A DNA stretch of 64,000 nucleotides, from contig CAXXYE010000009.1 in assembly GCA_963674865.2 (NCBI GenBank), positions 1,920,001 to 1,984,000 of the forward strand. Direction: 5' to 3'. This document shows, piece by piece, positions 19,052 through 29,680 of this stretch (its first letter is position 1; each line of letters begins with the position of its first letter). This DNA comes from Candidatus Hydrogenedentota bacterium. GTDB lineage: Bacteria; Hydrogenedentota; Hydrogenedentia; Hydrogenedentales; SLHB01. A model generated the notes under the pieces. That model had not been told where the DNA came from, did no database searches, and saw only the letters and a list, made by a program, of their open reading frames with translations. Position numbers and translations under genes: made by a program.

Positions 19052-22000
19052 ATGCAAGCAAGTAGACTCCTTACGGGCCGTGGGGGAAAAGGCTTGAGCC
19101 GAGCGGCAGGTGTGCAGCGCTGGGGAGGGCTACCGCCTCAGGCCGGCGCTGGGACTACTCTTCTGCTGGCGCTGACAATATGCCTTTTCGGGGCGGTTGC
19201 ATGGGCACAGACGCCCTGCCTCGTCGATAGCGTCACCGATGCGCCCTCATTCAACGTCAGCACTTCGTATGGCACCGCGAATGATCCCATCACGTGGACG
19301 CATACGGTTACTGCCGAGATGTTGGCCTCTGCTACGCAAGCCGGGTTGCTCGTTGAGGCGTACGATATTGACTATCCTTCATCGACCGAGTACGACCGGC
19401 TCTATGTCAACGGCCATGACCTTGGCCTGCTGCAGGGCGTGTCCGACACCTGGGTCGTCGCTGAGAAGACTGTACCTTTGGCGTATCTCCAGGAGGGGGC
19501 GAACACGATTCAGGTGTACGTGGATATCAACAATGAGGGATGGGTGACGCAGGTTAGGGCGAGCGAGTTGCGCATTTACTGCAGCTTCACCGTGTCGGGA
19601 ACAGTAACCGACGGCTCTGATCCTCTGGTGGGCGCCCAGGTTTCTTTCTCTCACAACGGGCACACAGAGACAACGAACGCCTCGGGACAGTACTCTTATG
19701 ATATCTTGAACGGCGTCAATACGACGATCACCGTGACGTATCCGGGGGCGATTGCCTGGACGCCGTCGAGCCGGAATATCACGGTGTCGGGCGCCACATC
19801 CAATCAGAATTTCGTCGCCACGTTCAATCAGGCGCCCGTGATCCAGCAGACTGGCCCGCTTGCGGTCACTATGTCCGAGGATGGCAGCCCAACGGCTTGG
19901 AGCGCTCCCACGCTGAGCGCGACGGATGGCAATGGGCACACGCTGACGTGGAGCGTTTCGAGTGCGGCGTCGCACGGCACGGCGACGGTTTCGGGCACGG
20001 GCGCTTCGCCTCCGACGTTCAACTACGCACCCACCGCGAATTGGTACGGCTCCGACAGTTTCGTGGTGCAAGTTTCGGACAGCTACGATACGGACACGAT
20101 CACCGTGAACGTGACGGTGGAATCCGTGAATGATTCACCTACGGTGGGCACCAACGCGGGAGTTACGGTGGGCGAAGGCGATACGGCAACCATCGGGACG
20201 AGCGAACTCAACGAGAGCGACCCGGATGACAGCGGTACGGGCCTGACGTACACGGTTACCGGCGCCCCGTCGAATGGCGCGCTCAAGTTGTCGGGCAATC
20301 CTACTTCGACTTTCACGCAGGATGATATAGACAATGATCGCGTTACGTACACCCACGACGGTGGCGAGACGACGACGGATAGCTTTGACTTCTCGTTGGC
20401 AGATGGCGGGGAGGATGGCGCCAGTGCGACGACGGGGACCTTCGACATCACGGTGACGCCGGAGAATGATCCTCCTTCGCTGGCGATGTCCTCGGGCACT
20501 GCTTCGTTCACTGAGGACGGCGGGGCCATCATTGTCGACCCGACACTGACGATCACCGATCCTGACGGCGGCGATACACTCGACGGCGCCTCGGTTATCA
20601 TCGACAGCGGCTTTGTGTCTAGCGAAGACGCGTTGAGCTTCACTTCACAGCACGGCGTCACGGGCACTTACAACAGCAGCACCGGCGTACTTACGCTGAG
20701 TGGCTCGGCCACCCCCGCCGAGTACCAAGACGTGTTGCGTTCAGTGACGTACAACAACACGAACGGCGGAGCGCCCGACCTAACCGACCGCAGCATCGTC
20801 TTTGTGCTGGGGAGCAGCCTGTTCTTCAGTGAAAACGGACATTTCTACGAGTTCGTTACGACGGGCGGCATCAACTGGAGTTCGGCAAAGACGGCCGCCG
20901 AGGGCCGGACGTACTTCGGTATGCAAGGCTACCTGGTGACGGTGACCTCAGAAGCCGAGAATAGCTTCACTACGGCGAAGCTGTCCGGTGAGGGTTGGAT
21001 AGGGGCGGCGGATGCGACGGTCGAAGGAACCTGGCGCTGGGTGACGGGGCCCGAAGGGCTTGAGGACGGCGGGAACGGGCGCCATTTTTTCACCCAAACA
21101 TCGAGTCAACTGGGAACCTTCTACGGCGGCGCCACGCCGGGCGGCGGCTACGCGATGGACGGCTACTATAACGGTTGGGCTTCCGGCGAGCCGAACGATT
21201 GGGCCGACGCCGAAGACTGTGCGCATTACTATTCCTCGGGGACCTGGAATGATTACGCGGGCGGCACGAGTGTGGCCGGCTATGTTGTGGAATACGGCGG
21301 TATGCCGGGCGATCCGGACGTTCAGGTCGCTGGTTCGCGCGTCGTTGAGGTTACGGCGCAAAACGACGCCCCCGTCATCACGCAAGGCGCCGGCCCGCTT
21401 AGTGTCACCATGTCTGAAGACGGCGCGCCGACGCCGTGGAGCGCGCCGACGCTGGGCGCCACGGACGTGGATGGTGTGGACACATTGACGTGGAGTGTCT
21501 CGAGCGCCGCGTCGCACGGTACGGCGACGGTTTCGGGCACGGGCGGGTCGCCGCCGACGTTTACGTACGCGCCGACGGGCAACTATAACGGTTCGGACAG
21601 TTTCACGGTGCAAGTTGCGGACGGCAACGGCGGCAACGACACAATCGCCGTGAATGTGACGGTGCAGGCGGTTAACGACGCGCCGGTGATTACTCAAGGC
21701 GCGGGGCCGCTCACGGTGACGATGAGCGAGGACGATTCCCCCACGGCATGGAGCGCGCCGACGGTTGGCGCGACGGACGTTGATACCGGGACGGCGCTGA
21801 CGTGGAGCGTGTCGAGCGCGGCATCGCACGGCACGGCAACGGTTTCCGGGACGGGAGCGTCACCGACGACGTTCACGTATGTGCCGGTTTGGAATTGGAA
21901 TGGCTCGGACAGTTTCACGGTGCAAGTTGCGGACGGCAACGGCGGCAACGACACAATCGCCGTGAATGTGACGGTACAGGCGGTTAACGACGCGCCGGTG

Positions 22001-25000
22001 ATTACTCAGGGCGCGGGGCCGCTTACGGTGACGATGAGCGAGGACGGCTCCCCCACGGCGTGGAGCACGCCGCCGGTTGGCGCGACGGACGTGGATACCG
22101 GAGATACGCTGACTTGGAGCGTGTCGAGCGCGGCATCGCACGGCACGGCAACGGTTTCCGGGACGGGAGCGTCGCCGCCGACGTTTACGTATGCGCCGGA
22201 TGGTGATTGGAATGGTTCGGATAGCTTCACAGTGCAGGTCTCCGACGGCACTGTGGCGGACACGATTTCGGTGGAAGTCACGGTTGAGGCGGTGCAGGAC
22301 GCGCCGGTGATCACTCAGGGTGCGGGGCCGCTCACGGTAACGATGAGCGAGGATGGAGCGCCCACGGCATGGAGCGCGCCGACGCTCGACGCGACTGACG
22401 CAGATACCGGCGCCGCGCTGACGTGGAGCGTGTTGAGCGCCGCGTCGCACGGTACGGCAACGGTTTCCGGGACGGGTGGTTCGCCGACGACATTCACGTA
22501 TGCGCCGGAGGAGAACTGGAACGGCACGGACAGCTTCACGGTACAAGTTTCCGACGGCACGGATGCGGATACAATCGCGGTGGACGTTACGGTCGAAGCG
22601 GTAAACGACGCGCCCGTCCTCGATCCCATTGGAAACCAAGAGGTGCATGAAGGAGGAACGCTGACCTTTGTGATCGCAGGCACCGACGTGGAGGAGGACG
22701 GGCTGAGCTACAGCGCGAGCAATCTTCCGACGGGCGCGACGTTCAATCCGGCGACCCAGACTTTCACATGGGCCACTGGATACGGTGACTCAGGCGTTTA
22801 CACGAACGTGCTCTTCACGGTAACGGACGATGGTACGCCGCCGCGATCCGATTCGGAGACAATCACGCTGACAGTGGGCGAGGTGAACCGCCCGCCCGTA
22901 CTGTATTCCGTCGGCGACCGCGACGTGGCCGAGGGGGCTACGCTGACCTTCACAATCACGGGCGCCGACTTGGACGCCGACGGACTGACGTACAGCGCGA
23001 GCAACCTTCCGACGGGCGCGGCCTTCGACCCGGCGACGCAGACCTTCAGTTGGACGACGGGCTACGGCGACGCGGGCGTTTACACGAATGTGCTCTTCAC
23101 GGTGACGGACGACGGCACGCCGCCTCAGTCCGATTCCGAGGCGATTACGCTGACGGTGGGCGACGTGAATCGTGCACCGGTTCTCGATCCCATCGGAAGC
23201 CGCGAAGTGGCGGAGGCCGCCACGCTCTCCTTCCTGGTGACGGGATCGGATCCGGACGGGAACAGCCTGACGTATAGCGCGAGCAACCTCCCGACGGGCG
23301 CGACCTTTGATCCGGCGACGCAGACCTTCAGTTGGACGACCGGCTACGGCGACGCGGGAGTCTACACGAACGTGCTCTTCAGCGTAACGGACGACGGCAC
23401 GCCGTCGCGATCGGATTCAGAGGCCGTGACGGTGACGGTTGGCGACGTGAACCGCCCGCCCGTGTTCGATCCGATCGGTGATCGGGAGGTGGCTGAGGGC
23501 GCCGCGTTGACCTTTGTGGTCACCGGCTCCGATCCCGATGGCGACGTGCTTACCTATAGTGCGAGCAATCTTCCGACGGGCGCGACCTTTGACGCAACGA
23601 CGCAGCGTTTCACGTGGGTAACGGACTACGGTGACGCGGGCGTGTATCTGAACATACTTCTCACGGTGAGGGATGACGGTACGCCGTCGCAATCCGACAC
23701 GGAGAGAGTGAACGTCACCGTGGGCGATGTGAACCGCCTGCCTGTGCTCGATCCGATCGGTGATCGGGAAGTGGCTGAGGGGGCCACGCTGACCTTTGTG
23801 GTCACCGGCTCCGATCCCGATGGCGACGTGCTTACCTACAGTGCGAGCAATCTTCCGACGGGCGCGACCTTTGACGCAACGACGCAGCGTTTCACCTGGG
23901 CGACGGACTACGGCGACGCGGGTGTGTATGCGAACGTACTGTTTTCGGTGACGGACGACGGTACGCCGTTGCAGTCCGACTCCGAGGCCGTGACGTTGAC
24001 GGTGGGCGACGTGAATCGCCCGCCGGCGCTTGCTCCTATCGGTAGCCGGGAAGTGCCCGAGGGGACTACGTTGACTTTCGTGGTGACGGCGTCCGATCCG
24101 GATAGGGATGCGCTGACGTACAGCGCGAGCAATCTTCCCAGCGGCGCGGACTTCGACGCGGCGACGGGGCGCTTCACCTGGGCGACGGACTATGGCGACG
24201 CGGGTGTGTATACGAATGTCCTCTTTACGGTGAGGGATGACGGCACGCCATCGCGTTCCGATTCCGAGGCGATTAACCTGGCGGTTGGCGATGTGAACCG
24301 CCCGCCGGTACTCGATCCCATCGGCAATCGTGAAGTGGCTGAGGGCGCTACATTGTCCATTGTTGTGACGGGTTCCGATCCAGATGGGGATGCGTTGACG
24401 TACGGCGCAAGCAATCTGCCGCCGGGCGCGGACTTCGATGCGGCGACGCAGACATTCACGTGGGCGGCCGGCTTTGGCGACGCGGGCGTTTACGCGAATG
24501 TGATTTTCACGGCCACGGATGACGGCACGCCGCCGCAATCCGACACGGAGAGTGTGACGATTACCGTCGGCAATGTGAACCGGGCGCCGGAGCTTGAGCT
24601 TATCGGAAGCCGCGAAGTGGCCGAGGGCGCTACGCTCACTTTTGTGGTGAGCGGCTCCGATCCGGACGGGAACGCGCTGACGTACAGCGCGAGCAATCTG
24701 CCCACGGGCGCGGCATTCTATCCGGCGACGCAGATCTTCACCTGGAGCACGGACTTCGGCGATGCCGGCGTATACACGGACGTGCTCTTCACGGTGGAGG
24801 ATGACGGCACGCCGTCCCAGTCGGATTCGGAGAACGTGACGATCATCGTGGGCGATGTGAACCGGCCACCGGTGCTCGCTCCTATCGGCAGTCGTGTCGT
24901 GGACGAGGGGACGACGCTGACTTTCGTGGTGACGGCGTCCGATCCGGATGCGGACGCGCTGACGTACAGCGCGAGCAACCTGCCCACGGGCGCCACCTTC

Positions 25001-27325
25001 GATCCGGCGACACAGCGCTTCACGTGGGCGATCAACCACAGCGACGCCGGCGCGTACACGGGCGTACTCTTCACGGTTGAGGATGGCGGCACGCCGTCGC
25101 AATCCGATTCGGAGTCCATTGTCATCGTCGTGAACAACGTCGCGGCGACGCTCGTCCTGCTGGAGGGCCCGATTGTGTCATCCATCTCGGACACATCCGC
25201 TTCCGTCGAATGGACAACCAGCATTCCGGCGGATAGCGAGGTATCGTACGGACTTTCCGAAGCGGCCCTGCAGACAGGTTCGGACGCAGCCTTGGTGACG
25301 AATCACGTGTTCGACATCCTGGGACTCCAGCCGGATACCGAGTACATCGTGTCCGTGGCGTCGAGCGACGGCGCGGCCAAGTACCGTGTCCAGAGTCCCT
25401 TTGTCCGATTCCGCACCTTGCCGGTGGCGGACATGATGCCTCCCGTCATCCTGCGCGGCCCCACCGTCATCAACCTCACGGAAACCGAGGTGCTGGTTGT
25501 GTGGACTACCGACGAGCCGTCGACAAGTTCCGTGTTCCTGGATGACGGATCGCTGCAATCTTGGGTGGATGATTCTGAACTCGTCACCGAACACGCTTTA
25601 CGGGTGATAGACGTGCTCCCGGACACGCTTTACAGCATAAAGGTGGCGTCGACGGATGCCTCAGGCAATGGGCCGACGGAAAGTGCATTGCTTTCCCATG
25701 CGACGGCGGCAGAGCCGGATCTCACGCCGCCCGACATCACGGAAGGGCCCGTGGTGACGCGCTCGGATCAGGAGCTGCTGACACTGCACTGGCTGACGGA
25801 TGAGCCCGCGACGAGCGTCGTAACCTATGGCCTGGATGAGACGCTCGGATCCGAGGTGGCGGACGAAGCGTTGACGACGGAACACAATGTGAGCGTGGTG
25901 GGCCTTGCCAGCGATACGCCCTACTACTTCCGCGTCTCCTCCATGGATGCCAGCGGCAACGGCCCCGTTGTCAGTCCCATTGTCATGGCGATACCACAGT
26001 CCGAGGTCGACGCGACGGCGCCGGTTATCACCGATGGCCCGCGCGTCATCGGCGTGACGGACACCACGGCGACGTTGTATTGGGAGACGGATGAACTCAG
26101 CGACTCGGTGGTGGATTATGACATCGCCGAGCCGCTCGGCCAGCGCCGATCCGTTCTCAGACACGTCTACAGGCACCAAGTCACGCTCGTGAACCTCCTG
26201 CCCGGCCAGGAGTACCTGTATCAGGTGTCGTCGACGGATATCGCCGGCAACACGGCCACGGCCGACGGCGTCGCCAAACAGAGCAGCGTCTTCACCTTCC
26301 AAACCAACTCGGATCCGGATGTGGAGGCGCCGGCGATCACCTCCGGGCCGGAGATTCTGGAGATAACCGACACGACGGCCATCGTGGTGTGGGACACGAG
26401 CGAGGTCGCGGATAGCGTCGTCGAATATGCCGTGGCCGGCTCGAGCGCGATTCTATCGCGCACGGATCCCTTCTATGTTACCGAGCACCTCGTGGTGCTG
26501 ACGGCGCTTGCGCCCGAGACGCCCTACGAAGTGTGGGTGTTGTCGAGCGATCTGGCCGGAAACGGCCCCGCTGTGAGTGGTGTGCTGTCGTTTACGACGG
26601 ACGCCGGCCCGGACGCCACCGCGCCGGTATTCGTCAGCGGCCCCGTGGTTGAGGATCTGTCGCGAACGAGCGCGACGGTGCGGTGGACTACCGATAAGCG
26701 CACCACGAGCCAGGTCGAATTCGGCCCTTCATCCGGGATCGTAAGCAAAGTGGCCTCGACTACCGGCCTTCACGTGACGCACGAGATCGAACTCACTAAC
26801 CTGACGCCGAACACGGAATACACCTGCGTCGTGACATCCTTCGACGTGTCGCAGAACATGGTGGCCAGTTCGGCGCAAACGTTCCAGACGCGGGCGCGGG
26901 ATACCGACGGCGGCGGCGGCGCCATCCTGGGCCTGGGACTCGCGGGCGCGGGCATTACGGCGGCACTGCTCGTGGGCGGCCATGATGACGGCGGCGGCGG
27001 CGGACCTTGCTTCATCGCCACGGCGGCATACGGCACGCCCCTTGCCTCCGATCTGGATGTGCTGCGTGGCTTGCGCGACCACTACCTTCTCACCAATGGC
27101 GCAGGCACCGCGCTGGTGGATACGTACTATCGGCTCAGTCCGCCCATCGCCGATTTCATTGCGGTGCATCCCGCCGCGGGGGCGCTCGTGCGGCTGCTCT
27201 GCCGGCTCGTGATACTGGCGGCGCATACGCCGCGATGGGTGATTGATGCGGCCGTCGTGGCCTTGGCTATCGGCGTCGCCGCGTCGATGGCGCGACGGCG
27301 GAGGCTGAACGCCCAGAGTCGTTGA
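19052..27325 (+). CDS. Giant surface protein/adhesin: cadherin/Big_9-like repeats, C-type lectin, 9 putative-Ig repeats, 6 FN3-like repeats, CFI-box-CTERM anchor
   Basis: Open for >8 kb; 'NDAPV' repeats; 'GEPND...WND' lectin motifs; 'YSASNLPTGATFD' repeats; C-terminal 'GGGGGPCFIATAAYG...YYRLSPPIADFI' + TM + RRRR. Start uncertain (19010-19052). Confidence 0.9.
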   Translation: MQASRLLTGRGGKGLSRAAGVQRWGGLPPQAGAGTTLLLALTICLFGAVAWAQTPCLVDSVTDAPSFNVSTSYGTANDPITWTHTVTAEMLASATQAGLLVEAYDIDYPSSTEYDRLYVNGHDLGLLQGVSDTWVVAEKTVPLAYLQEGANTIQVYVDINNEGWVTQVRASELRIYCSFTVSGTVTDGSDPLVGAQVSFSHNGHTETTNASGQYSYDILNGVNTTITVTYPGAIAWTPSSRNITVSGATSNQNFVATFNQAPVIQQTGPLAVTMSEDGSPTAWSAPTLSATDGNGHTLTWSVSSAASHGTATVSGTGASPPTFNYAPTANWYGSDSFVVQVSDSYDTDTITVNVTVESVNDSPTVGTNAGVTVGEGDTATIGTSELNESDPDDSGTGLTYTVTGAPSNGALKLSGNPTSTFTQDDIDNDRVTYTHDGGETTTDSFDFSLADGGEDGASATTGTFDITVTPENDPPSLAMSSGTASFTEDGGAIIVDPTLTITDPDGGDTLDGASVIIDSGFVSSEDALSFTSQHGVTGTYNSSTGVLTLSGSATPAEYQDVLRSVTYNNTNGGAPDLTDRSIVFVLGSSLFFSENGHFYEFVTTGGINWSSAKTAAEGRTYFGMQGYLVTVTSEAENSFTTAKLSGEGWIGAADATVEGTWRWVTGPEGLEDGGNGRHFFTQTSSQLGTFYGGATPGGGYAMDGYYNGWASGEPNDWADAEDCAHYYSSGTWNDYAGGTSVAGYVVEYGGMPGDPDVQVAGSRVVEVTAQNDAPVITQGAGPLSVTMSEDGAPTPWSAPTLGATDVDGVDTLTWSVSSAASHGTATVSGTGGSPPTFTYAPTGNYNGSDSFTVQVADGNGGNDTIAVNVTVQAVNDAPVITQGAGPLTVTMSEDDSPTAWSAPTVGATDVDTGTALTWSVSSAASHGTATVSGTGASPTTFTYVPVWNWNGSDSFTVQVADGNGGNDTIAVNVTVQAVNDAPVITQGAGPLTVTMSEDGSPTAWSTPPVGATDVDTGDTLTWSVSSAASHGTATVSGTGASPPTFTYAPDGDWNGSDSFTVQVSDGTVADTISVEVTVEAVQDAPVITQGAGPLTVTMSEDGAPTAWSAPTLDATDADTGAALTWSVLSAASHGTATVSGTGGSPTTFTYAPEENWNGTDSFTVQVSDGTDADTIAVDVTVEAVNDAPVLDPIGNQEVHEGGTLTFVIAGTDVEEDGLSYSASNLPTGATFNPATQTFTWATGYGDSGVYTNVLFTVTDDGTPPRSDSETITLTVGEVNRPPVLYSVGDRDVAEGATLTFTITGADLDADGLTYSASNLPTGAAFDPATQTFSWTTGYGDAGVYTNVLFTVTDDGTPPQSDSEAITLTVGDVNRAPVLDPIGSREVAEAATLSFLVTGSDPDGNSLTYSASNLPTGATFDPATQTFSWTTGYGDAGVYTNVLFSVTDDGTPSRSDSEAVTVTVGDVNRPPVFDPIGDREVAEGAALTFVVTGSDPDGDVLTYSASNLPTGATFDATTQRFTWVTDYGDAGVYLNILLTVRDDGTPSQSDTERVNVTVGDVNRLPVLDPIGDREVAEGATLTFVVTGSDPDGDVLTYSASNLPTGATFDATTQRFTWATDYGDAGVYANVLFSVTDDGTPLQSDSEAVTLTVGDVNRPPALAPIGSREVPEGTTLTFVVTASDPDRDALTYSASNLPSGADFDAATGRFTWATDYGDAGVYTNVLFTVRDDGTPSRSDSEAINLAVGDVNRPPVLDPIGNREVAEGATLSIVVTGSDPDGDALTYGASNLPPGADFDAATQTFTWAAGFGDAGVYANVIFTATDDGTPPQSDTESVTITVGNVNRAPELELIGSREVAEGATLTFVVSGSDPDGNALTYSASNLPTGAAFYPATQIFTWSTDFGDAGVYTDVLFTVEDDGTPSQSDSENVTIIVGDVNRPPVLAPIGSRVVDEGTTLTFVVTASDPDADALTYSASNLPTGATFDPATQRFTWAINHSDAGAYTGVLFTVEDGGTPSQSDSESIVIVVNNVAATLVLLEGPIVSSISDTSASVEWTTSIPADSEVSYGLSEAALQTGSDAALVTNHVFDILGLQPDTEYIVSVASSDGAAKYRVQSPFVRFRTLPVADMMPPVILRGPTVINLTETEVLVVWTTDEPSTSSVFLDDGSLQSWVDDSELVTEHALRVIDVLPDTLYSIKVASTDASGNGPTESALLSHATAAEPDLTPPDITEGPVVTRSDQELLTLHWLTDEPATSVVTYGLDETLGSEVADEALTTEHNVSVVGLASDTPYYFRVSSMDASGNGPVVSPIVMAIPQSEVDATAPVITDGPRVIGVTDTTATLYWETDELSDSVVDYDIAEPLGQRRSVLRHVYRHQVTLVNLLPGQEYLYQVSSTDIAGNTATADGVAKQSSVFTFQTNSDPDVEAPAITSGPEILEITDTTAIVVWDTSEVADSVVEYAVAGSSAILSRTDPFYVTEHLVVLTALAPETPYEVWVLSSDLAGNGPAVSGVLSFTTDAGPDATAPVFVSGPVVEDLSRTSATVRWTTDKRTTSQVEFGPSSGIVSKVASTTGLHVTHEIELTNLTPNTEYTCVVTSFDVSQNMVASSAQTFQTRARDTDGGGGAILGLGLAGAGITAALLVGGHDDGGGGGPCFIATAAYGTPLASDLDVLRGLRDHYLLTNGAGTALVDTYYRLSPPIADFIAVHPAAGALVRLLCRLVILAAHTPRWVIDAAVVALAIGVAASMARRRRLNAQSR
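21361..22602 (+). repeat. Four tandem ~310-bp cadherin/Big_9-like coding repeats (a fifth copy near 19825)
   Basis: Units begin '(N/Q)DAPVITQGAGPL' at about 21361, 21673, 21985 and 22294 and share long stretches of identical DNA. Confidence 0.85.
22603..25140 (+). repeat. Nine tandem 282-bp (94-aa) putative-Ig coding repeats
   Basis: 'NRPPVLDPIG'-like starts recur every 282 bp from ~22603 to ~24859; units 4 and 5 are nearly identical over much of their length. Confidence 0.85.
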
Positions 27326-27343
27326 ACGAGGATAAAGACAGGT

Positions 27344-27392
27344 AAGGGCACGGCCCTCCGGCAGATGCCGCGCGGCCGTGCCCTTCTTCTTT
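27344..27392. terminator. Intrinsic terminator-like hairpin between convergent genes
   Basis: AAGGGCACGGCC ... GGCCGTGCCCTT 12-bp arms followed by CTTCTTT. Confidence 0.7.
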
Positions 27393-27404
27393 CACTCCGC
27401 AGCG

Positions 27405-27914
27405 CTACTCGGAAGTGGATTGCTGTGGCTTCCGCAGCACGGACACGGTGATGAGCCCGGCAAGAAACAGGCAGACGACGGCCGCGCCCAGGAGCATATA
27501 CACATTCTTCTGCAACCCGCTCTCCAGCACGGATGTGCCGGGATTGGCCGAGTCGTAGTAGACGGAGACTTCGCCTCCCATCGGATAGCGCTTGAGTCTA
27601 TTCTCTGCGGCGCTTTTCGTCTTCTCGTACATATCGGAAGCCGTGATGCGATTGCCCGTGTAGGATGTTCCGTCAACGGAGTACGTATAGCTCACGGACA
27701 GGCGGAATTCCCGGCGGTTGTTTTCCGTCGTGGTTGGCTGCGCACGCGAGGACGTGATGACGCCCTTCGTGGTCGGCCATGACGCGCTTTCTTTGCCGAC
27801 ATTGTACCTGTGTATGCCAACACCCCCGAGAACCAACGCAAATCCCACGAGTGCGGCGACTAAAATGAGTGGATTGCTCTTCGCGTTCTCCTTCTCGGCC
27901 TTCTCTTGCGACAT
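27405..27914 (-). CDS. DUF3592-like membrane protein
   Basis: TM - 'SWPTTKGVI...YTYSVDGTSY...VSVYYDSANPGTSVLE' - TM; GGAGG RBS. Confidence 0.8.
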   Translation of the reverse strand: MSQEKAEKENAKSNPLILVAALVGFALVLGGVGIHRYNVGKESASWPTTKGVITSSRAQPTTTENNRREFRLSVSYTYSVDGTSYTGNRITASDMYEKTKSAAENRLKRYPMGGEVSVYYDSANPGTSVLESGLQKNVYMLLGAAVVCLFLAGLITVSVLRKPQQSTSE

Positions 27915-28233
27915 GGCGTCCCTCCGATGACATTCTTCCTGGAATCCTGAAGCCTCCGACAGCGCATACAGCTCAACTGGTGGAGAGTGTACACGTTTGC
28001 GAAGGCCCCTGGTAGTCCAAATGGCCCCCTGACTATGCCCCCGAAGGTGGCGCGCGCCATGCCGGGAGCACCGTCAGTGGACAACGCGCCGGGTGATATG
28101 CCCCCGCGCCCTGCGAAGGTCGAGCCTCTGCTCGACCTCGGACGCGCGGGAGCGCGTCCCTCCCTGAATGCTCAAGACATAGCACCTCGCCGCAGACAAG
28201 GCTGTCGGTGGTGTGGCCGGTTGGAGGGTGAAA

Positions 28234-28280
28234 TGGTGGGCGGTGCAAGAGTCGAACTTGCGACCCCCTGCGTGTAAAGC
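28234..28280 (-). pseudogene. tRNA-Val(TAC) 3'-half fragment (att site), copy 1
   Basis: Minus strand reads GC TTTACAC GCAGG GGGTC GCAAG TTCGACT CTTGC ACCGCCC ACCA; there is no pairing 5' half. Confidence 0.85.
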
Positions 28281-28487
28281 TCCCCGGGGCGTCTGCTCTC
28301 TTTGGGCGACGCCCGTAACATATTCGTGCCATTAGACGTACAAGAATACGAATTCTGCACTAGAGGCTGGAAATGGAGTCCACTTGCCAAGAACAGCCCA
28401 CGAAAACCGGACAAGTCTCTCCCTACCTATTCACGTCGCATTCCTTGGGACTAACGCGGCCGCTCGAACTGGGTGGTTACGCTTCAA

Positions 28488-29588
28488 CTAATGCAGCGTA
28501 ATAACTCTCAGAACCTTCTCACTTGGCCGATATTCCAGTGCGACAAGAAGGCGCGTCGGATAGCCGCTGTCTTGCCTTGCGACCTCAACGATCAAATTGA
28601 ATTTGACGACATTGTGCTGCTCAAGAAAGACCATGTTGTATATGTAACTGGCGTCGATCTTCGCCTCAATTAGTGCGGCCAACTCCCGGCGCCCCAAGGT
28701 GGCAATGCCTGCTTTCTGGAGCTTGCGGATCTTCTCGCGCATCAGGTAGTCGTGTTTCTCCTCGTCCAACTGAATAGTGCATTCATTTAATGGGATGATC
28801 TGGCGCGAGACGGCGTTCAACGACATTTCGGTATCAACTTCAAGACCGCGATAAACAACGCGCTCAATCTTGAAGCCTAAGAATAATCCAAAATAGCACG
28901 ATTGCAGACTGCGCACTTGATATCCGAAGTCCTCATACGGATAACCAGTCATGTTCACGTTCTCATCATTCGAACAATCGTCCTCATGTCCCATGACTAC
29001 AACGTCGCGATACTTCAGAAATGAATGGGCGAGCGTCGTAGAGAGATATGTCTTTGCCCGCGTCTGGAAAGTCGCAGGAATGTAGCCAAGGTACGCGGGC
29101 CAAGCCACTAAATGCTTATGCAATCGCTGTAGTGCGGCATCAGAAAGGTTATTGAGGTAAACACAGTACAGCAGCGTGCCGTGAATGAACTCAAAGGACC
29201 GCGCCAGCACCATAAACTCGTTCAAGACCTCGAAGATCACTTCCTGATTCTTGCCCAATAAGTCGCCGCAAAGAACGCTTTGCGTAGTCCGCCTGTCCAG
29301 GAGCGGCAACATTGTCTTTGCGACTTCATATCCGTACCACACGGAGCCTGTTTCCCGCGAGTCAAAAATGAAACCGGCCTCATTGCGATTTGTCGCTGGT
29401 ACCAACGCCGGCTTGAGCTCCGCATAGGGAACACCCTTCTTGGCAAGCACACGTTGCGTTTCCACGTGCATGGCGTGGATCTCACGATGTACTATGTCGC
29501 TATCGAGTTCAAAGTAATCCCGCATTACCTCAAGCATGCCGTTGTCGCGCGCGTCCAGAGTGAAGATGGTCGGCAAGTATGGCCTCAT
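28488..29588 (-). CDS. Hypothetical protein (366 aa), island cargo
   Basis: Long ORF in more AT-rich DNA; no family recognised with confidence. Confidence 0.8.
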   Translation of the reverse strand: MRPYLPTIFTLDARDNGMLEVMRDYFELDSDIVHREIHAMHVETQRVLAKKGVPYAELKPALVPATNRNEAGFIFDSRETGSVWYGYEVAKTMLPLLDRRTTQSVLCGDLLGKNQEVIFEVLNEFMVLARSFEFIHGTLLYCVYLNNLSDAALQRLHKHLVAWPAYLGYIPATFQTRAKTYLSTTLAHSFLKYRDVVVMGHEDDCSNDENVNMTGYPYEDFGYQVRSLQSCYFGLFLGFKIERVVYRGLEVDTEMSLNAVSRQIIPLNECTIQLDEEKHDYLMREKIRKLQKAGIATLGRRELAALIEAKIDASYIYNMVFLEQHNVVKFNLIVEVARQDSGYPTRLLVALEYRPSEKVLRVITLH

Positions 29589-29680
29589 GGAACATCACAA
29601 TCGTTTTGTGATTTCTTCATAGCACCGTTGTGCCGCGGTACCGCGGCACAACGTCCCAGCCCTCGGCAAGTCGATTCCCC

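Noticed and set aside
21361..25140. Regular repeats as a CRISPR or non-coding array
   Set aside because: They are in-frame 282-312-bp protein-domain repeats with no repeat-spacer structure, and there are no cas genes.
27965..28030. AGCTCAACTGGTGGAGAGT resembling a tRNA D-arm
   Set aside because: No anticodon stem, TTCG loop or acceptor pairing follows; probably chance.
28234..28315. Intact tRNA-Val using the upstream GGGCGTCGCCCAAAGAGAGCA as its 5' half
   Set aside because: The anticodon stem does not pair (GGAGC vs GCAGG) and the acceptor stem is incomplete; that segment folds on itself (GGGCGTC/GACGCCC).
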